Source: Thermodesulfobacteriota bacterium (GTDB taxonomy: Bacteria > Desulfobacterota > BSN033 > UBA1163). From it: a stretch of 64,000 bases of DNA. The DNA lies in contig JAOAHX010000013.1 of the NCBI GenBank assembly GCA_026415035.1, positions 13,717-77,716 on the forward strand. Direction: 5' to 3'. The translations under genes and the position numbers were made by a program. The stretch's first letter is position 1; the number at the start of each line of letters is the position of its first letter. The notes beneath the pieces are model-generated. The model searched no databases. It was given only the letters and a program-made list of their open reading frames with translations, and was not told the origin of the DNA. Shown here piece by piece: positions 27,536 through 37,598 of this stretch.

Positions 27536-30500
27536 ATGAAGCTGAAGTCGCTGGAGATCATTGGATTTAAATCATTTGTGGACCGCCTTCACCTCACCTT
27601 TCCGGAGGGGATCACCACGATCGTCGGTCCAAACGGGTGCGGGAAGTCGAACATCGTCGATGCGATCCTCTGGGCCATAGGCGAGCGAAGCGCCAAACAC
27701 TTGAGAGGAAAGTTGATGGAGGATGTCATCTTCAACGGGGCCGACGGCCGAAAACCCATGGGCATGGCCGAGGTGACCCTGACCTTCTCCAATGAGGACG
27801 GCTCCGCGCCGCCGGAATACCAGGAGTTCAGCGAGATCACCATCACCCGCAGGCTCTACCGTTCTGGGGAGAGTGAATTCTTGATCAACCGGACGCCCTG
27901 CCGCCTCAGGGACATCATCGACCTCTTCCTCGACACCGGCATCGGGGTGAATGGCTACTCGATCGTGGAGCAGGGCCGGGTCGAATATCTCATCCATGCC
28001 AATCCCCAGGAGCGCCGCTTCCTGATCGAGGAGGCCGGCGGGATCGCCAAGTATAAAGAGCGAAAACGGCTGGCCCTTTTGAAGATGGAGGCGACCCAGC
28101 AGAACCTTCTCCGGATCCAGGACATCGTCTCCGAAGTGAAACGCCAGATCGCCACGCTGGAGCGCCAGGTGAAGCGGGCCGAGGAGTACAAGGCGATGCG
28201 CAAGGAGATCCGGGAGATCGAGCTCCGTCTCGCCCTCCAGGATTTCACCGAACTCTCCGAAAAGGCAGAGGCCTCCAGGGGGTATCTGAAAGCCCTGAGG
28301 GAGAGGGAGGCCATCGTGGGGGGTCAGTTGGCCGAGAGGGAAGCCGGGATCGAGGAGATGAAACTGAGGCATCTCGAAGAAGAGGAAAGGCTTCGAAGGC
28401 TCCAGCAAGAACTCTACGAACTGACCCAGACGATCCAGAAGCTTGAAAGTGAGGTCGCCCTCTTCCGGAGGGAAAAGGAGGCCCTCCAGAGGCAGGAAGT
28501 CATCCTGGGAGAGGAGATCCGAAAGGGGCTTCAAGCCTGGAGGGAGACTCGCCGGGAACGGAGAAGGGCGGAGCAAGCCCGGCAGGAGATGGAAAAGGAG
28601 TGCCTGGAGATTGGCGAGGTCGTAACAGAGTGGGAGGCCCTCTACAACGACTTCCGCTCCACCTATCAGGAGGTCTCCGATCAGCTGGAGGCCGAAAAAG
28701 GGCAACTGATCGACCGGCTCACCCGAATCACCTCCCTCCGAAACCGCAGCGCCCATCTCGAGGAGCGAAAGAAGGAGCTGGGACGACGGATGCAATCCCA
28801 CCAGAAAGAGAGGGAGGAGGTGAGGGCAGGGTTGTCCGGCCTTGAAGCAGGCCTCTCGGCCGCAGAGAGGGAGCGGGAGGTCCTTCTCGGCCTTCGGGCC
28901 GTGCTTCAGGAAGAGAAAGAGAAGTGGACCGAAGAGCTGGAGCTTTTAAGGCAGCGCCATCAGGTCAAGCAGTCGGAGCGATTTGAGTTGGAAGGCCGAT
29001 TGAGGCAGGACCGGTCCCGTTACCTCTCTTTAAAAGAGCTTCAGGAGAATTACGAGGGGTTCGAAAAGGGCGTCAGGGCCCTTCTCCTCGCCAAGAGGGA
29101 AGAGCCGGCCCGTTGGCAGGGAATCCTCGGGGTTCTGGCCGATCTCTTCGAGCCCGATCCTCCTTATGAAATTCCTCTCGAAGCCGTCCTGAGAGAACGC
29201 CTGCAATATTTGATGGTCGAGGGAGAAACAGAGGCCCTCGAGGCGATCGCCTTTCTCAAACAGAAAGGCCTGGGTCGAGGGAGTTTCATCCTCACGGGAG
29301 GGACTCCCAAGGCCCCCGAGAGAGGCCAGGATAGGACGGGGAAAGGAGATGGGCCGATCCCGTTGAGACAAGTCGTCAAGGTGAAGGAGGGGTTTTCCGA
29401 TCTCTCAGAGTTCCTGATCGGCGATGTGGGAGTGGTCGACCGTCTGGAGGAAGCCCTCGATTGGATGAAGAAGGGCAGCGACTTCGAGATCCTCGTCACC
29501 CGGGAAGGGGAGGTGGTCGAACAGTGGGGGGTGATCTCGGGAGGAAGCCGGGACCAAGGGCTCGGCCTGCTCGAGAGGAAGAGGGAGCTTCGGGAGTTGG
29601 AGGGACGGATCTCGAAAGCGGAGGAGGAATGCCAAGCCCTCCTCACGGAGGAGGCGAGACTCCTCCAGGAGATTCAGGAACGAGAGCGTCGTCTGGAAGA
29701 GAGGAAGAAGGAGCTTCAAGAGAAGGAGATCGAACTCCTCCATCAGGAGAGGGACCTGGAGGGCCTTCGAAAAGAGATCTCTCGGTTTCATCAAAGGGCA
29801 GAGCTCCTCCGGTTCGAAGAAGAGCAGCTCCAGGCCGAGGCGAAAGAGATCGAAGAAGAGATGACCACGGTCCTCGATCACCTTAAGCGGGAGGAGGCGG
29901 AAAGGAGGGTGAAAGAGGAAGAACTCCAGGGATTGAAGAAGACGGTGGACGAGGTGAACGAAGGGACCGAGGAACTGGGGAGAAGGATCACGGAGAAGAA
30001 GGTGGCCTTGGCCTCCCTGGAGGAGAAACGGAGGGGGATGGAGGCTCGGATCCTCAACCTGAAGGAACAGATCCGCACCCATCGGGACCAGCTCATCGAT
30101 CGAGTCCGAAAGATCAAGACCTCGCGCCAAGACATGGCCCATCTCTCCGAGACCATTGAGAAGAAAGAGGGAGAGCTGAGGGGGCTGATCGAAAGCCATC
30201 GGGTCAAGGAGGAGGGGCTTTTTCGGCTCCGAGAGACTGTGGAGGCCCTCACGGCCCAATGGAAGGAGGCCGAGGGCTCCACGCGATACCTCCGTCAGGA
30301 ATTGGAGGAGGTGAGACAGAAGGCTCACGAGGAAGAGATCCGGGTTTCAGAGATTCAGATGAGGCTACAGCATCTCCAGGATTCGATGCGGGAACGCTAC
30401 GGAGCAACCCTCTCGGCCTCCCCCTTGGGCATGGAACCCGGAGGGTTTTCAAGGGAGGAGATGACCAAGCGGCTGGAGACCTTGAAGGCAGGCCTGGAGG

Positions 30501-31096
30501 GGTTTGGAGAGGTGAATCTGCTCGCCCTTGAAGAGTATCAGGAGTTGAAACAGCGCCACGACTTTCTCACCGAACAGCAGAACGACCTCCAGCAGGCCCT
30601 CGATACGTTGAAACGGGCCATCGCCCGGATCAACCGGACGACGACGAAACGGTTTCTCGAAACCTTCCACCTCGTCAACGAAAAGTTCAAAGAGGTCTTC
30701 GTCCGTCTCTTCAAGGGCGGCCAAGCCAGCCTCATCCTGCTGGACGAGCAGGACCCCTCCACCTCGGGGGTGGACATCATCGCCCAGCCCCCCGGCAAAA
30801 AGCTCCAGAACATCGACCTCCTCTCCGGAGGCGAGAAGGCCCTGGTCGCCACGGCCCTGCTCTTCGGCCTCTTCATGATCAAACCCACCCCCTTCTGTCT
30901 CCTCGACGAGATCGATGCGCCCTTGGACGATACGAATATCAATCGTTTCATCGAGCTGGTCAAGGAGTTTTCCAAGACCTCCCAGTTTATCCTCATCACC
31001 CACAACAAGAAGACGATGGAGGTGGCCAACACCCTTTACGGCATCACGATGGAGACCCCTGGGGTTTCCAAAGTGGTCTCTGTTCGGTTCAATTGA
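27536..31096 (+). CDS. smc: Chromosome segregation protein SMC
   Basis: N-terminal Walker A GPNGCGKSN. Long coiled coils. A hinge. C-terminal LSGGEKALVATALLF signature and Walker B. 1186 aa. Confidence 0.95.
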   Translation: MKLKSLEIIGFKSFVDRLHLTFPEGITTIVGPNGCGKSNIVDAILWAIGERSAKHLRGKLMEDVIFNGADGRKPMGMAEVTLTFSNEDGSAPPEYQEFSEITITRRLYRSGESEFLINRTPCRLRDIIDLFLDTGIGVNGYSIVEQGRVEYLIHANPQERRFLIEEAGGIAKYKERKRLALLKMEATQQNLLRIQDIVSEVKRQIATLERQVKRAEEYKAMRKEIREIELRLALQDFTELSEKAEASRGYLKALREREAIVGGQLAEREAGIEEMKLRHLEEEERLRRLQQELYELTQTIQKLESEVALFRREKEALQRQEVILGEEIRKGLQAWRETRRERRRAEQARQEMEKECLEIGEVVTEWEALYNDFRSTYQEVSDQLEAEKGQLIDRLTRITSLRNRSAHLEERKKELGRRMQSHQKEREEVRAGLSGLEAGLSAAEREREVLLGLRAVLQEEKEKWTEELELLRQRHQVKQSERFELEGRLRQDRSRYLSLKELQENYEGFEKGVRALLLAKREEPARWQGILGVLADLFEPDPPYEIPLEAVLRERLQYLMVEGETEALEAIAFLKQKGLGRGSFILTGGTPKAPERGQDRTGKGDGPIPLRQVVKVKEGFSDLSEFLIGDVGVVDRLEEALDWMKKGSDFEILVTREGEVVEQWGVISGGSRDQGLGLLERKRELRELEGRISKAEEECQALLTEEARLLQEIQERERRLEERKKELQEKEIELLHQERDLEGLRKEISRFHQRAELLRFEEEQLQAEAKEIEEEMTTVLDHLKREEAERRVKEEELQGLKKTVDEVNEGTEELGRRITEKKVALASLEEKRRGMEARILNLKEQIRTHRDQLIDRVRKIKTSRQDMAHLSETIEKKEGELRGLIESHRVKEEGLFRLRETVEALTAQWKEAEGSTRYLRQELEEVRQKAHEEEIRVSEIQMRLQHLQDSMRERYGATLSASPLGMEPGGFSREEMTKRLETLKAGLEGFGEVNLLALEEYQELKQRHDFLTEQQNDLQQALDTLKRAIARINRTTTKRFLETFHLVNEKFKEVFVRLFKGGQASLILLDEQDPSTSGVDIIAQPPGKKLQNIDLLSGGEKALVATALLFGLFMIKPTPFCLLDEIDAPLDDTNINRFIELVKEFSKTSQFILITHNKKTMEVANTLYGITMETPGVSKVVSVRFN

Positions 31097-31237
31097 ATCC
31101 TTCCCGTTTCGATTTCCGAAACACCTTGACATTTTACCTTTTTTTGGATAAGCTCTACCCGGGTTGAGCAAGATGCTGCATATCCCTTGGAAACTTCTAC
31201 CGGTTTATAACTACTGGCCTTTAGGGTGAAAAGGGGG

Positions 31238-31274
31238 GGCCGTTATCTGAGGGATCAGATAACGGCCTTTTTTT
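31238..31274 (+). terminator. Strong rho-independent terminator
   Basis: 13-bp perfect stem GGCCGTTATCTGA/TCAGATAACGGCC with a 4-nt loop, followed by T7. Confidence 0.75.
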
Positions 31275-31347
31275 CACTCGTGATCACCCCAAAAGGTATA
31301 AATTTCTTCGGGGATTTGAGAAAAAGCCGTGATGTGAATTTTTTTAC

Positions 31348-31375
31348 TTGCTTTTTATTTTTAGATGTGTAAAAT
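31348..31375 (+). promoter_or_regulatory. Putative sigma70 promoter (TTGCTT-16-TAAAAT with an upstream TG) for the liv-like operon
   Basis: The hexamers sit in an AT-rich tract about 170 nt upstream of the binding-protein gene. Confidence 0.4.
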
Positions 31376-31546
31376 GGGTTCGCCCTATAGAACATCGCCG
31401 GCCATTCAGAAGAGAAAAAAATTCGAGGAAAGGAGGTGATTCGGGGTTTCAAGCCCATCCGTTCGATCCATAAGTATTGAAGAAGGGTTCGATCTTGGAT
31501 CGAGATGTCAGACGCCTTTTAACTCATTCAAAGGGAGGGGAATGTC

Positions 31547-32755
31547 ATGAAGAAGTCGTTGATCTTTGCCGTCATCTTCGGAATCATCCTTGTCGGTCTT
31601 CCGTGGACGGGAGGGGCTCAACCCATCCGGGTCGGAGCGGTCATCAACCTGACCGGGCCTGCCTCCACTTGGGGACAATTCCACGCCAAGGGCCATACGG
31701 ACTATACGAAGTACGTGAATGAAGTGAAGGGAGGGGTGGCCGGAAGAAAGATCGATCTGACGATTGTCGATCATGCTTACAAACCTCCGGAAGGCGTCAA
31801 ACTGGTGAAGAAGTTCTGCGAGGAGAAAGTGGACATGATCGCCACCTGGGATGCCGGGACGGGCATCATGATCAAGCCCATCGTTCAGGAACACAAGATT
31901 CCCACCCTCAATTACTCCACCTTCCAGGGGCTTCTCAAACCCCCGATCGATTATATTTACCTACCTTTCGGAAGCTACGTCTTGGACTCCTATGCGGTTT
32001 TGGAATATATCAAAGCCATCCATAAGGGGAAAGATGCCCCCAAGGTTGGACTGCTGACCTACAACAATGCCTACGGCAAGGCGATCCATGACCCGAGCAA
32101 AGAGTATGCGGCCAAACACGGCATCAACATCGTGGGCATCGAGGAGTTTCCCCCGCCCACCGTCGACATCACCACGGAGGTCATGCGCCTGAAGGAGAAG
32201 GGGGCGGAATATCTCTTCGTCCAGATTCTCCCGGAGGCCATCATCCGGGCCCTGAAATCGATGGATCGGATCGGGTTTAACGTGCCGGTCTTCGGGACCT
32301 GGACCGCCACCGATCCCGACTTCTTCAAGCTTGGAAAAGGGGTGATTCGAGACCGCTTGGCCATGCAATTCTGCGGGGTGCTTCCCGGGGATAAGGTTTG
32401 GGGAATGAAGTTGATGGACGATCTCAAGACCCGGTACAAGACCGTGGACAAATTTGACACCTCTTACTGGGAAGGGGTGGTCATCGCCATGATCATGGAG
32501 AGGGCCATGCACCGGGCCTCGGGCCTCTACGGAAAGATCAATGCCGAGACGATCAACAACGCCTTGGAGACCTTCCGAAATGAGGATTTCGGAGGCCTCG
32601 TCCCCCCGATCACCTATACGAAGGAGAATCATGAGGGGTCCTTTATCGGAAGGATCGTCCAGATCCATGAGGATGCGACCTATACGCCGATGACCAACTT
32701 CTTCGTCCCGGGCAAGGGAGAGATCAAGGTCCTGAAGACGCTCAAAACGAAATAG
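31547..32755 (+). CDS. ABC transporter substrate-binding protein, Leu/Ile/Val-binding (LivK/LivJ, PBP type 1) family
   Basis: Signal peptide. The family-typical 'IRVGAVINLTGPAS' N-terminus. 402 aa. Confidence 0.8.
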   Translation: MKKSLIFAVIFGIILVGLPWTGGAQPIRVGAVINLTGPASTWGQFHAKGHTDYTKYVNEVKGGVAGRKIDLTIVDHAYKPPEGVKLVKKFCEEKVDMIATWDAGTGIMIKPIVQEHKIPTLNYSTFQGLLKPPIDYIYLPFGSYVLDSYAVLEYIKAIHKGKDAPKVGLLTYNNAYGKAIHDPSKEYAAKHGINIVGIEEFPPPTVDITTEVMRLKEKGAEYLFVQILPEAIIRALKSMDRIGFNVPVFGTWTATDPDFFKLGKGVIRDRLAMQFCGVLPGDKVWGMKLMDDLKTRYKTVDKFDTSYWEGVVIAMIMERAMHRASGLYGKINAETINNALETFRNEDFGGLVPPITYTKENHEGSFIGRIVQIHEDATYTPMTNFFVPGKGEIKVLKTLKTK

Positions 32756-32794
32756 GTTTCAAAAAAAGCCCAAACCGAGGGAAAGGACATCTCG

Positions 32795-33622
32795 ATGAAA
32801 GCATTTCGGGGGACACCATCCATCTATGCCTTCGCTCAGCCCGGAGAACGCCGGGCTGAGCTGGAGGTCAAGAACATCACCTTGAACTTCGGGGGCGTCA
32901 TGGCCCTCCACAATGTCAGTCTGACCGTCCATACTGGGGAGTTCGTCAGCGTCATCGGCCCCAATGGAGCAGGGAAGACCAGCTTGATGAACTCCATCAC
33001 GGGCTACTATCACCCCCAAAGCGGAGAGATCCTCTTCAACGGGGAGAAGATCATGGGCCACCATCCCCACGAGATCACGCGCAAGGGGATCGGGAGGACC
33101 TATCAGAACATCGAGCTCTTTCCGGGGATGACCGTCCTCTCCAACTTGCTTCTGGCCCGGCATCTTTACTGCCGTTATGGGTTTGGCAAGGCGGCCCTCT
33201 TTTCCCGCTCGGTCCGGCAAGAGGAGGTCCGCCATCGCCAGGTCCTGGAGGAACTGATCGACTTCTTGGAGATGCAGCCCATCCGGAAGAAGTTGGTCGG
33301 TTCCCTTCCCTATGGACTCCGAAAGAGGGTGGAATTGGGCCGGGCCCTTGCCTTGGAACCCAAGCTGCTCGTTTTGGACGAACCCTTCGCCGGCATGACC
33401 CTCGAAGAGAAGGAGGACATGGTTCGATTCCTCCTGGAGCTCAACTCCGCATGGGGACAGACGATGATCCTTGTGGAACACGACATGTCCGTCGTCATGA
33501 GCGTCTCCCAGCGGATCATGGTCTTAAATTTTGGCGAAAAGATCGCCGAGGGGACGCCCGAAGAGATCCAGAACCACCCCGAGGTGATCAAGGCCTATTT
33601 AGGGGACACCACAAAGTTTTGA
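32795..33622 (+). CDS. ABC transporter ATP-binding protein (LivG-like)
   Basis: Walker A GPNGAGKTS, signature LSYGLRKRVELGRAL, Walker B LLVLDEP. A LivG-type insertion. Confidence 0.8.
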   Translation: MKAFRGTPSIYAFAQPGERRAELEVKNITLNFGGVMALHNVSLTVHTGEFVSVIGPNGAGKTSLMNSITGYYHPQSGEILFNGEKIMGHHPHEITRKGIGRTYQNIELFPGMTVLSNLLLARHLYCRYGFGKAALFSRSVRQEEVRHRQVLEELIDFLEMQPIRKKLVGSLPYGLRKRVELGRALALEPKLLVLDEPFAGMTLEEKEDMVRFLLELNSAWGQTMILVEHDMSVVMSVSQRIMVLNFGEKIAEGTPEEIQNHPEVIKAYLGDTTKF

Positions 33623-33648
33623 CCTCCCCCGTTACGGAGTTTTTCCCT

Positions 33649-35595
33649 ATGGAACTTCACAAAAACAGACGGTTTGACGAAGCGACGGTTCTCTCCCTGG
33701 CCCAGTTGACCCTGCCCCAGATCTTGGCCAAGCAGGCCGAACGCCTGGGTTCCCGTCAGATCGCCATCCGGGAGAAGATGTTTGGCATCTGGCTGGCCTA
33801 TACCTGGGAGGATTACCTCCGTTTCACGAAACAGGTGGCTTTGGGGCTCCATGCGCTGGGGCTCAAAAGGGGCGAGAATATCGGGCTCATCGTGAACAAC
33901 CATCCGGAGTGGCTCTTCAGCGAGATGGGGGCCCAGGCCCTGGGAGCGATCACCGTCAACATGTTCACCTCGGCGATCGCCAAAGAGCTGACCGTGATGC
34001 TCAATCGAATTCAGGCGGCTTTCGCGATTGTCCAGGACCAGGAACAGGTCGATAAGCTCCTCGAGATGAGACAGGAACTCCCCCATCTCCGGAAGGTGAT
34101 CTATATCGATCCGACCGGCATGAGAACCTATGCCAGCAACCCCTGGCTGATGAGTTTCAAGGACCTCCTGAAACTGGGGGAAGAGGTCGACCGGAAGGAG
34201 CCCTACCTGTTTCAAGAGGAGCTCTCCAAGGGCAAGCCCGACGAGGTCGCCTTGATGATCATGACCTCCGGGACCACTGGCATCCCAAAGCTTGCGATGA
34301 TCTCCCATCGAAGCTTCACCGAGATTGCAAGGAAATGGATCGAGACGGCTCCCATTGGCGTCGGGGACAACTGGATCTCGATCACCCCGACGGCCTGGAT
34401 CGTGGACCAGATGTGGGGCATGGGGGTTTCACCCCTCACCGGCATGACCATGAACTTCCCAGAGACCCTGGAGACCCAGGCGGAGGACTTTCGCGAGATC
34501 GGCCCGGTGATCATCATCACCTCTTCTCGGTTCTGGGAGGACCTGGCCTCGAAGATCCGGGTGAAGATGGCCGATGCGGGTTGGGTGAAACGGAAACTCT
34601 TCGATTTGGGCGAGAAGATCGGTGGGGCCGTGGTGGACAAGGAGTCGAAGAAAGAGGCCGTGCCCTTGTCTCTGAGGCTTCTCCATCAACTCTTCGCCAG
34701 GATCGTCTACCGCCCCCTCTTGGATCGGGTCGGCTGTGCCCAGATCCGCGCCGCGGTCACCGGCGGACACCCGATCAGCCCCGACGTGATCCGCTTCTTC
34801 AGGGCAAAGGGGCTCAACTTGAAACATGCCTATGGGCTCACCGAAGGGGGAGGGGTCTTCCAGGTGCAACCCGACCATGAAGTGAAACCGGAGTCCGTTG
34901 GCAAGCCCCTCCCGAGGACCGAGATCAAGATCGCCGAGGATCAGGAAGTGCTGGTGAAAACCCCCTCCTGCTTCGTCGGCTATTATCAAGACCCGGAAGC
35001 CACGAAGAAGGCCCTCCGCGACGGATGGCTCCACACGGGCGATGCGGGTTACATCGACGACGATGGTCACCTGCTCATCATCGGCCGCAAAGAGGAGATC
35101 ATGCGGACCAAGGCGGGCGAGGCCATCTCCTCGGATTTTATCGAAACGAGATTGAAATTCAGCCCTTACATCAAAGAGGCCGTGGTCTGGGGCGAGGGAC
35201 GGGATTACATCACCGGGTTCATCAACATCGACTTCGGAAACGTGGGCAGCTGGGCCGAGGACCGGATGATCCCCTATACGACTTACACCGACCTTTCTCA
35301 GCGGCCGGAGGTGGAGGAGCTGATCCTCGGTGAAGTTCGACATGTGAACACGCAGTTGCCGAGGCCGATGCGCTTGAGGAAGATCATCCTCCTCTATAAG
35401 CTTCTCGATGCGGACGACGAGGAGCTGACCCGGACTGGAAAGGTGAGGAGGAAGTTTGTCTATGAACAGTATCTCAATCTGATCGAAGCTATGTATAGCG
35501 ACCTGAAAGAGCTGGAGGTGACCGGAAAGGTCCGCTATCGGGATGGACACGTGGGAACGATCACCACCAAGGTGAGGATCTTGACGGTGGAGTAA
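33649..35595 (+). CDS. Long-chain acyl-CoA synthetase (AMP-forming, COG1022-type) embedded in the ABC transporter operon
   Basis: AMP-binding P-loop MTSGTTGIPK. 648 aa. The ORF-track N-terminal extension (33451-) overlaps livG and was rejected. An alternative TTG start at 33619 overlaps the livG stop (TTGA). Confidence 0.75.
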   Translation: MELHKNRRFDEATVLSLAQLTLPQILAKQAERLGSRQIAIREKMFGIWLAYTWEDYLRFTKQVALGLHALGLKRGENIGLIVNNHPEWLFSEMGAQALGAITVNMFTSAIAKELTVMLNRIQAAFAIVQDQEQVDKLLEMRQELPHLRKVIYIDPTGMRTYASNPWLMSFKDLLKLGEEVDRKEPYLFQEELSKGKPDEVALMIMTSGTTGIPKLAMISHRSFTEIARKWIETAPIGVGDNWISITPTAWIVDQMWGMGVSPLTGMTMNFPETLETQAEDFREIGPVIIITSSRFWEDLASKIRVKMADAGWVKRKLFDLGEKIGGAVVDKESKKEAVPLSLRLLHQLFARIVYRPLLDRVGCAQIRAAVTGGHPISPDVIRFFRAKGLNLKHAYGLTEGGGVFQVQPDHEVKPESVGKPLPRTEIKIAEDQEVLVKTPSCFVGYYQDPEATKKALRDGWLHTGDAGYIDDDGHLLIIGRKEEIMRTKAGEAISSDFIETRLKFSPYIKEAVVWGEGRDYITGFINIDFGNVGSWAEDRMIPYTTYTDLSQRPEVEELILGEVRHVNTQLPRPMRLRKIILLYKLLDADDEELTRTGKVRRKFVYEQYLNLIEAMYSDLKELEVTGKVRYRDGHVGTITTKVRILTVE

Positions 35596-35614
35596 ACAAG
35601 GGAGGATCGGGATT

Positions 35615-36493
35615 ATGGAATTCTTCGTTCAGCTTTTCATCCAGGGACTCTCCGTGGGCTTTCTCTACGGCATCGCCGCCCTGGGTTTCGTCATGATTTT
35701 CAAGTCCTCCAGCGTGCTCAACTTCGCCCATGGAGACCTTCTGGCCATGGGGGCCTTCTTCTTCTTGGTCCTCTCCGTCTGGTTGAAGTTACCCATCTAC
35801 CTCTCCTTCCTCTTCACCCTGATGGGGAGCTTCGCCATGGGTTTTATCATCGAACGTCTCTTCTTGCGGCCCCTGATCGGGGAATCCCTCATCCTGGTCA
35901 TCATGTTGACCGTGGGGCTCGCCTCGATGTTTAAAGGGCTGATGCTCTTCATCTTTGGGGGCAATCTGTTCGCCTATCCAGAGTTTCTGCCGGCCTACCT
36001 CGGGATCCAGGTGGGCAAGGTCGATATCCCTCCGGTCTACGTGGCCTCCTTCATCATCAGCATCCTCTTCCTCTCGCTCTTCGGCCTCTTTTTTAAGTAC
36101 TCCTCCCAGGGGATCTACATGAGGTCGGTCGCGGACAACCAGACCGCGGCCCTCTCCCTCGGGGTGCATGTGAGACGGGTCTTCGCCCTCTCCTGGGCGA
36201 TCGCGGCCCTGGTCTGCGCCATGAGCGGGATCATCCTCGGGATCATCAGCGGCGTCAATGTCCACAGCATCAGCATCATCGGCCTGAAGGTCTTCCCGGT
36301 GGTCATCCTCGGCGGTCTGGAGAGCATCGGCGGAGCCATCATCGGAGGCCTCATCATCGGGGTGTTAGAAACCTTCACAGGAGGATATATCTCCACCTCC
36401 CTCCGAGAGGTGGTCCCTTACATCATCCTGGTCTTTATCCTGCTGGTCAAGCCCTACGGCCTGTTCGGCCTGGTGGAGATCGAACGGGTCTGA
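35615..36493 (+). CDS. Branched-chain amino acid-type ABC transporter permease (LivH-like)
   Basis: 292 aa with 8 TM helices and LivH family features. Confidence 0.85.
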   Translation: MEFFVQLFIQGLSVGFLYGIAALGFVMIFKSSSVLNFAHGDLLAMGAFFFLVLSVWLKLPIYLSFLFTLMGSFAMGFIIERLFLRPLIGESLILVIMLTVGLASMFKGLMLFIFGGNLFAYPEFLPAYLGIQVGKVDIPPVYVASFIISILFLSLFGLFFKYSSQGIYMRSVADNQTAALSLGVHVRRVFALSWAIAALVCAMSGIILGIISGVNVHSISIIGLKVFPVVILGGLESIGGAIIGGLIIGVLETFTGGYISTSLREVVPYIILVFILLVKPYGLFGLVEIERV

Positions 36494-36518
36494 TCGAGAC
36501 AGCCAAGAGGGAGGCGGC

Positions 36519-37589
36519 ATGCGGAAGCTACGATTACATCCCTGCGGAAACTACAAAGAAAGATACGAGGAGGAGCTCACCATCTTCGAGACCGACTTCG
36601 GAAGGATCTGGATGCTGGTGGGGCTGTTCGTCCTCTTTGTGTTGATCCCGCTGGTCAGCAGTTCCTACCTCCTCTACGTGATCAATCACATCGGGATCTT
36701 CGCCATCGCCGCCGTCGGCCTCAACCTCCTCATCGGCTTCACCGGCCAGATCTCCCTCGGCCACGGAGCCTTCGTCGGGGTGGGGGGGTATGCCGCTGCC
36801 ATCCTGACGACCCGTCTGGGCTTCCCCTTCTACCTATCGGTCATCTCCTCCGGGATCATCACCGCCCTCGTGGGGTTGATCTTCGGGCTCCCCTCCGCCC
36901 GCCTGAAACACCTCTACCTGACCATCGCCACCCTGGCCGGCCAGTTCATCCTCCAGTTCCTCTTCGTGAATTGGGAGAGCCTCACGGGCGGCTCCATGGG
37001 GATCATCCTGCCCAGGGCGACCCTCTTCGGCCTGAGCCTCAAAAGCGACCTCGCCTTCTTCTATGTCGTGTTCGTCTGCTTTGTGGCGATGCTCTGGATC
37101 GCTAAGAACCTCTTGCGGACGAGGTACGGTCGGGCCTTCATCGCCATCCGGGACAACGATCGGGCGGCCGAGGGGATGGGCATCCCCATCTTCAAATACA
37201 AGCTCCTCTCCTTTGCCATCAGCTCCTTCTACGCCGGCTTTGCCGGTGCCCTCTGGACCCACTATCTGGCCAGCATCACGCCCGATCCTTATACCCTACT
37301 GCTGTCGGTCGAATTCATCGCCATGATCATCATCGGCGGGCTCGGGAGCCTGACGGGCAGCGTCTTCGGGGCGATCTTCATCACCTCCCTCAACGAGAGC
37401 TTGAGCCATGCTTCGGAATTCTTCATGAACCTTCCGGCCCTGGCGGGCGTCGCCTTGACGATCGCTCCTCTTCGTGAATTCGTCTTCGGACTGGCCATCG
37501 TGCTCTTCATCATCTTTGAACCGAGGGGACTGGCAGAGGTGTGGCGGATCATCCGGTCCAGTTTCAGGCTCTGGCCATTTTCTTATTGA
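36519..37589 (+). CDS. Branched-chain amino acid-type ABC transporter permease (LivM-like)
   Basis: 356 aa polytopic protein of the LivM family. Confidence 0.85.
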   Translation: MRKLRLHPCGNYKERYEEELTIFETDFGRIWMLVGLFVLFVLIPLVSSSYLLYVINHIGIFAIAAVGLNLLIGFTGQISLGHGAFVGVGGYAAAILTTRLGFPFYLSVISSGIITALVGLIFGLPSARLKHLYLTIATLAGQFILQFLFVNWESLTGGSMGIILPRATLFGLSLKSDLAFFYVVFVCFVAMLWIAKNLLRTRYGRAFIAIRDNDRAAEGMGIPIFKYKLLSFAISSFYAGFAGALWTHYLASITPDPYTLLLSVEFIAMIIIGGLGSLTGSVFGAIFITSLNESLSHASEFFMNLPALAGVALTIAPLREFVFGLAIVLFIIFEPRGLAEVWRIIRSSFRLWPFSY

Positions 37590-37598
37590 GGGGGGATT

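Noticed and set aside
22182-30328. Several long minus-strand ORFs (22182..23312, 24755..25984, 27572..28801, 29405..30328) within pilT, alaS and smc
   Set aside because: All are antisense to highly conserved housekeeping genes. Artefacts of high GC content.
33451-33648. N-terminal extension of the acyl-CoA synthetase ORF overlapping livG
   Set aside because: The extension runs 170 nt into the LivG-like gene and has an Arg/Asp/Pro-rich sequence. An internal ATG (33649) or TTG (33619, overlapping the livG stop) gives a normal N-terminus.
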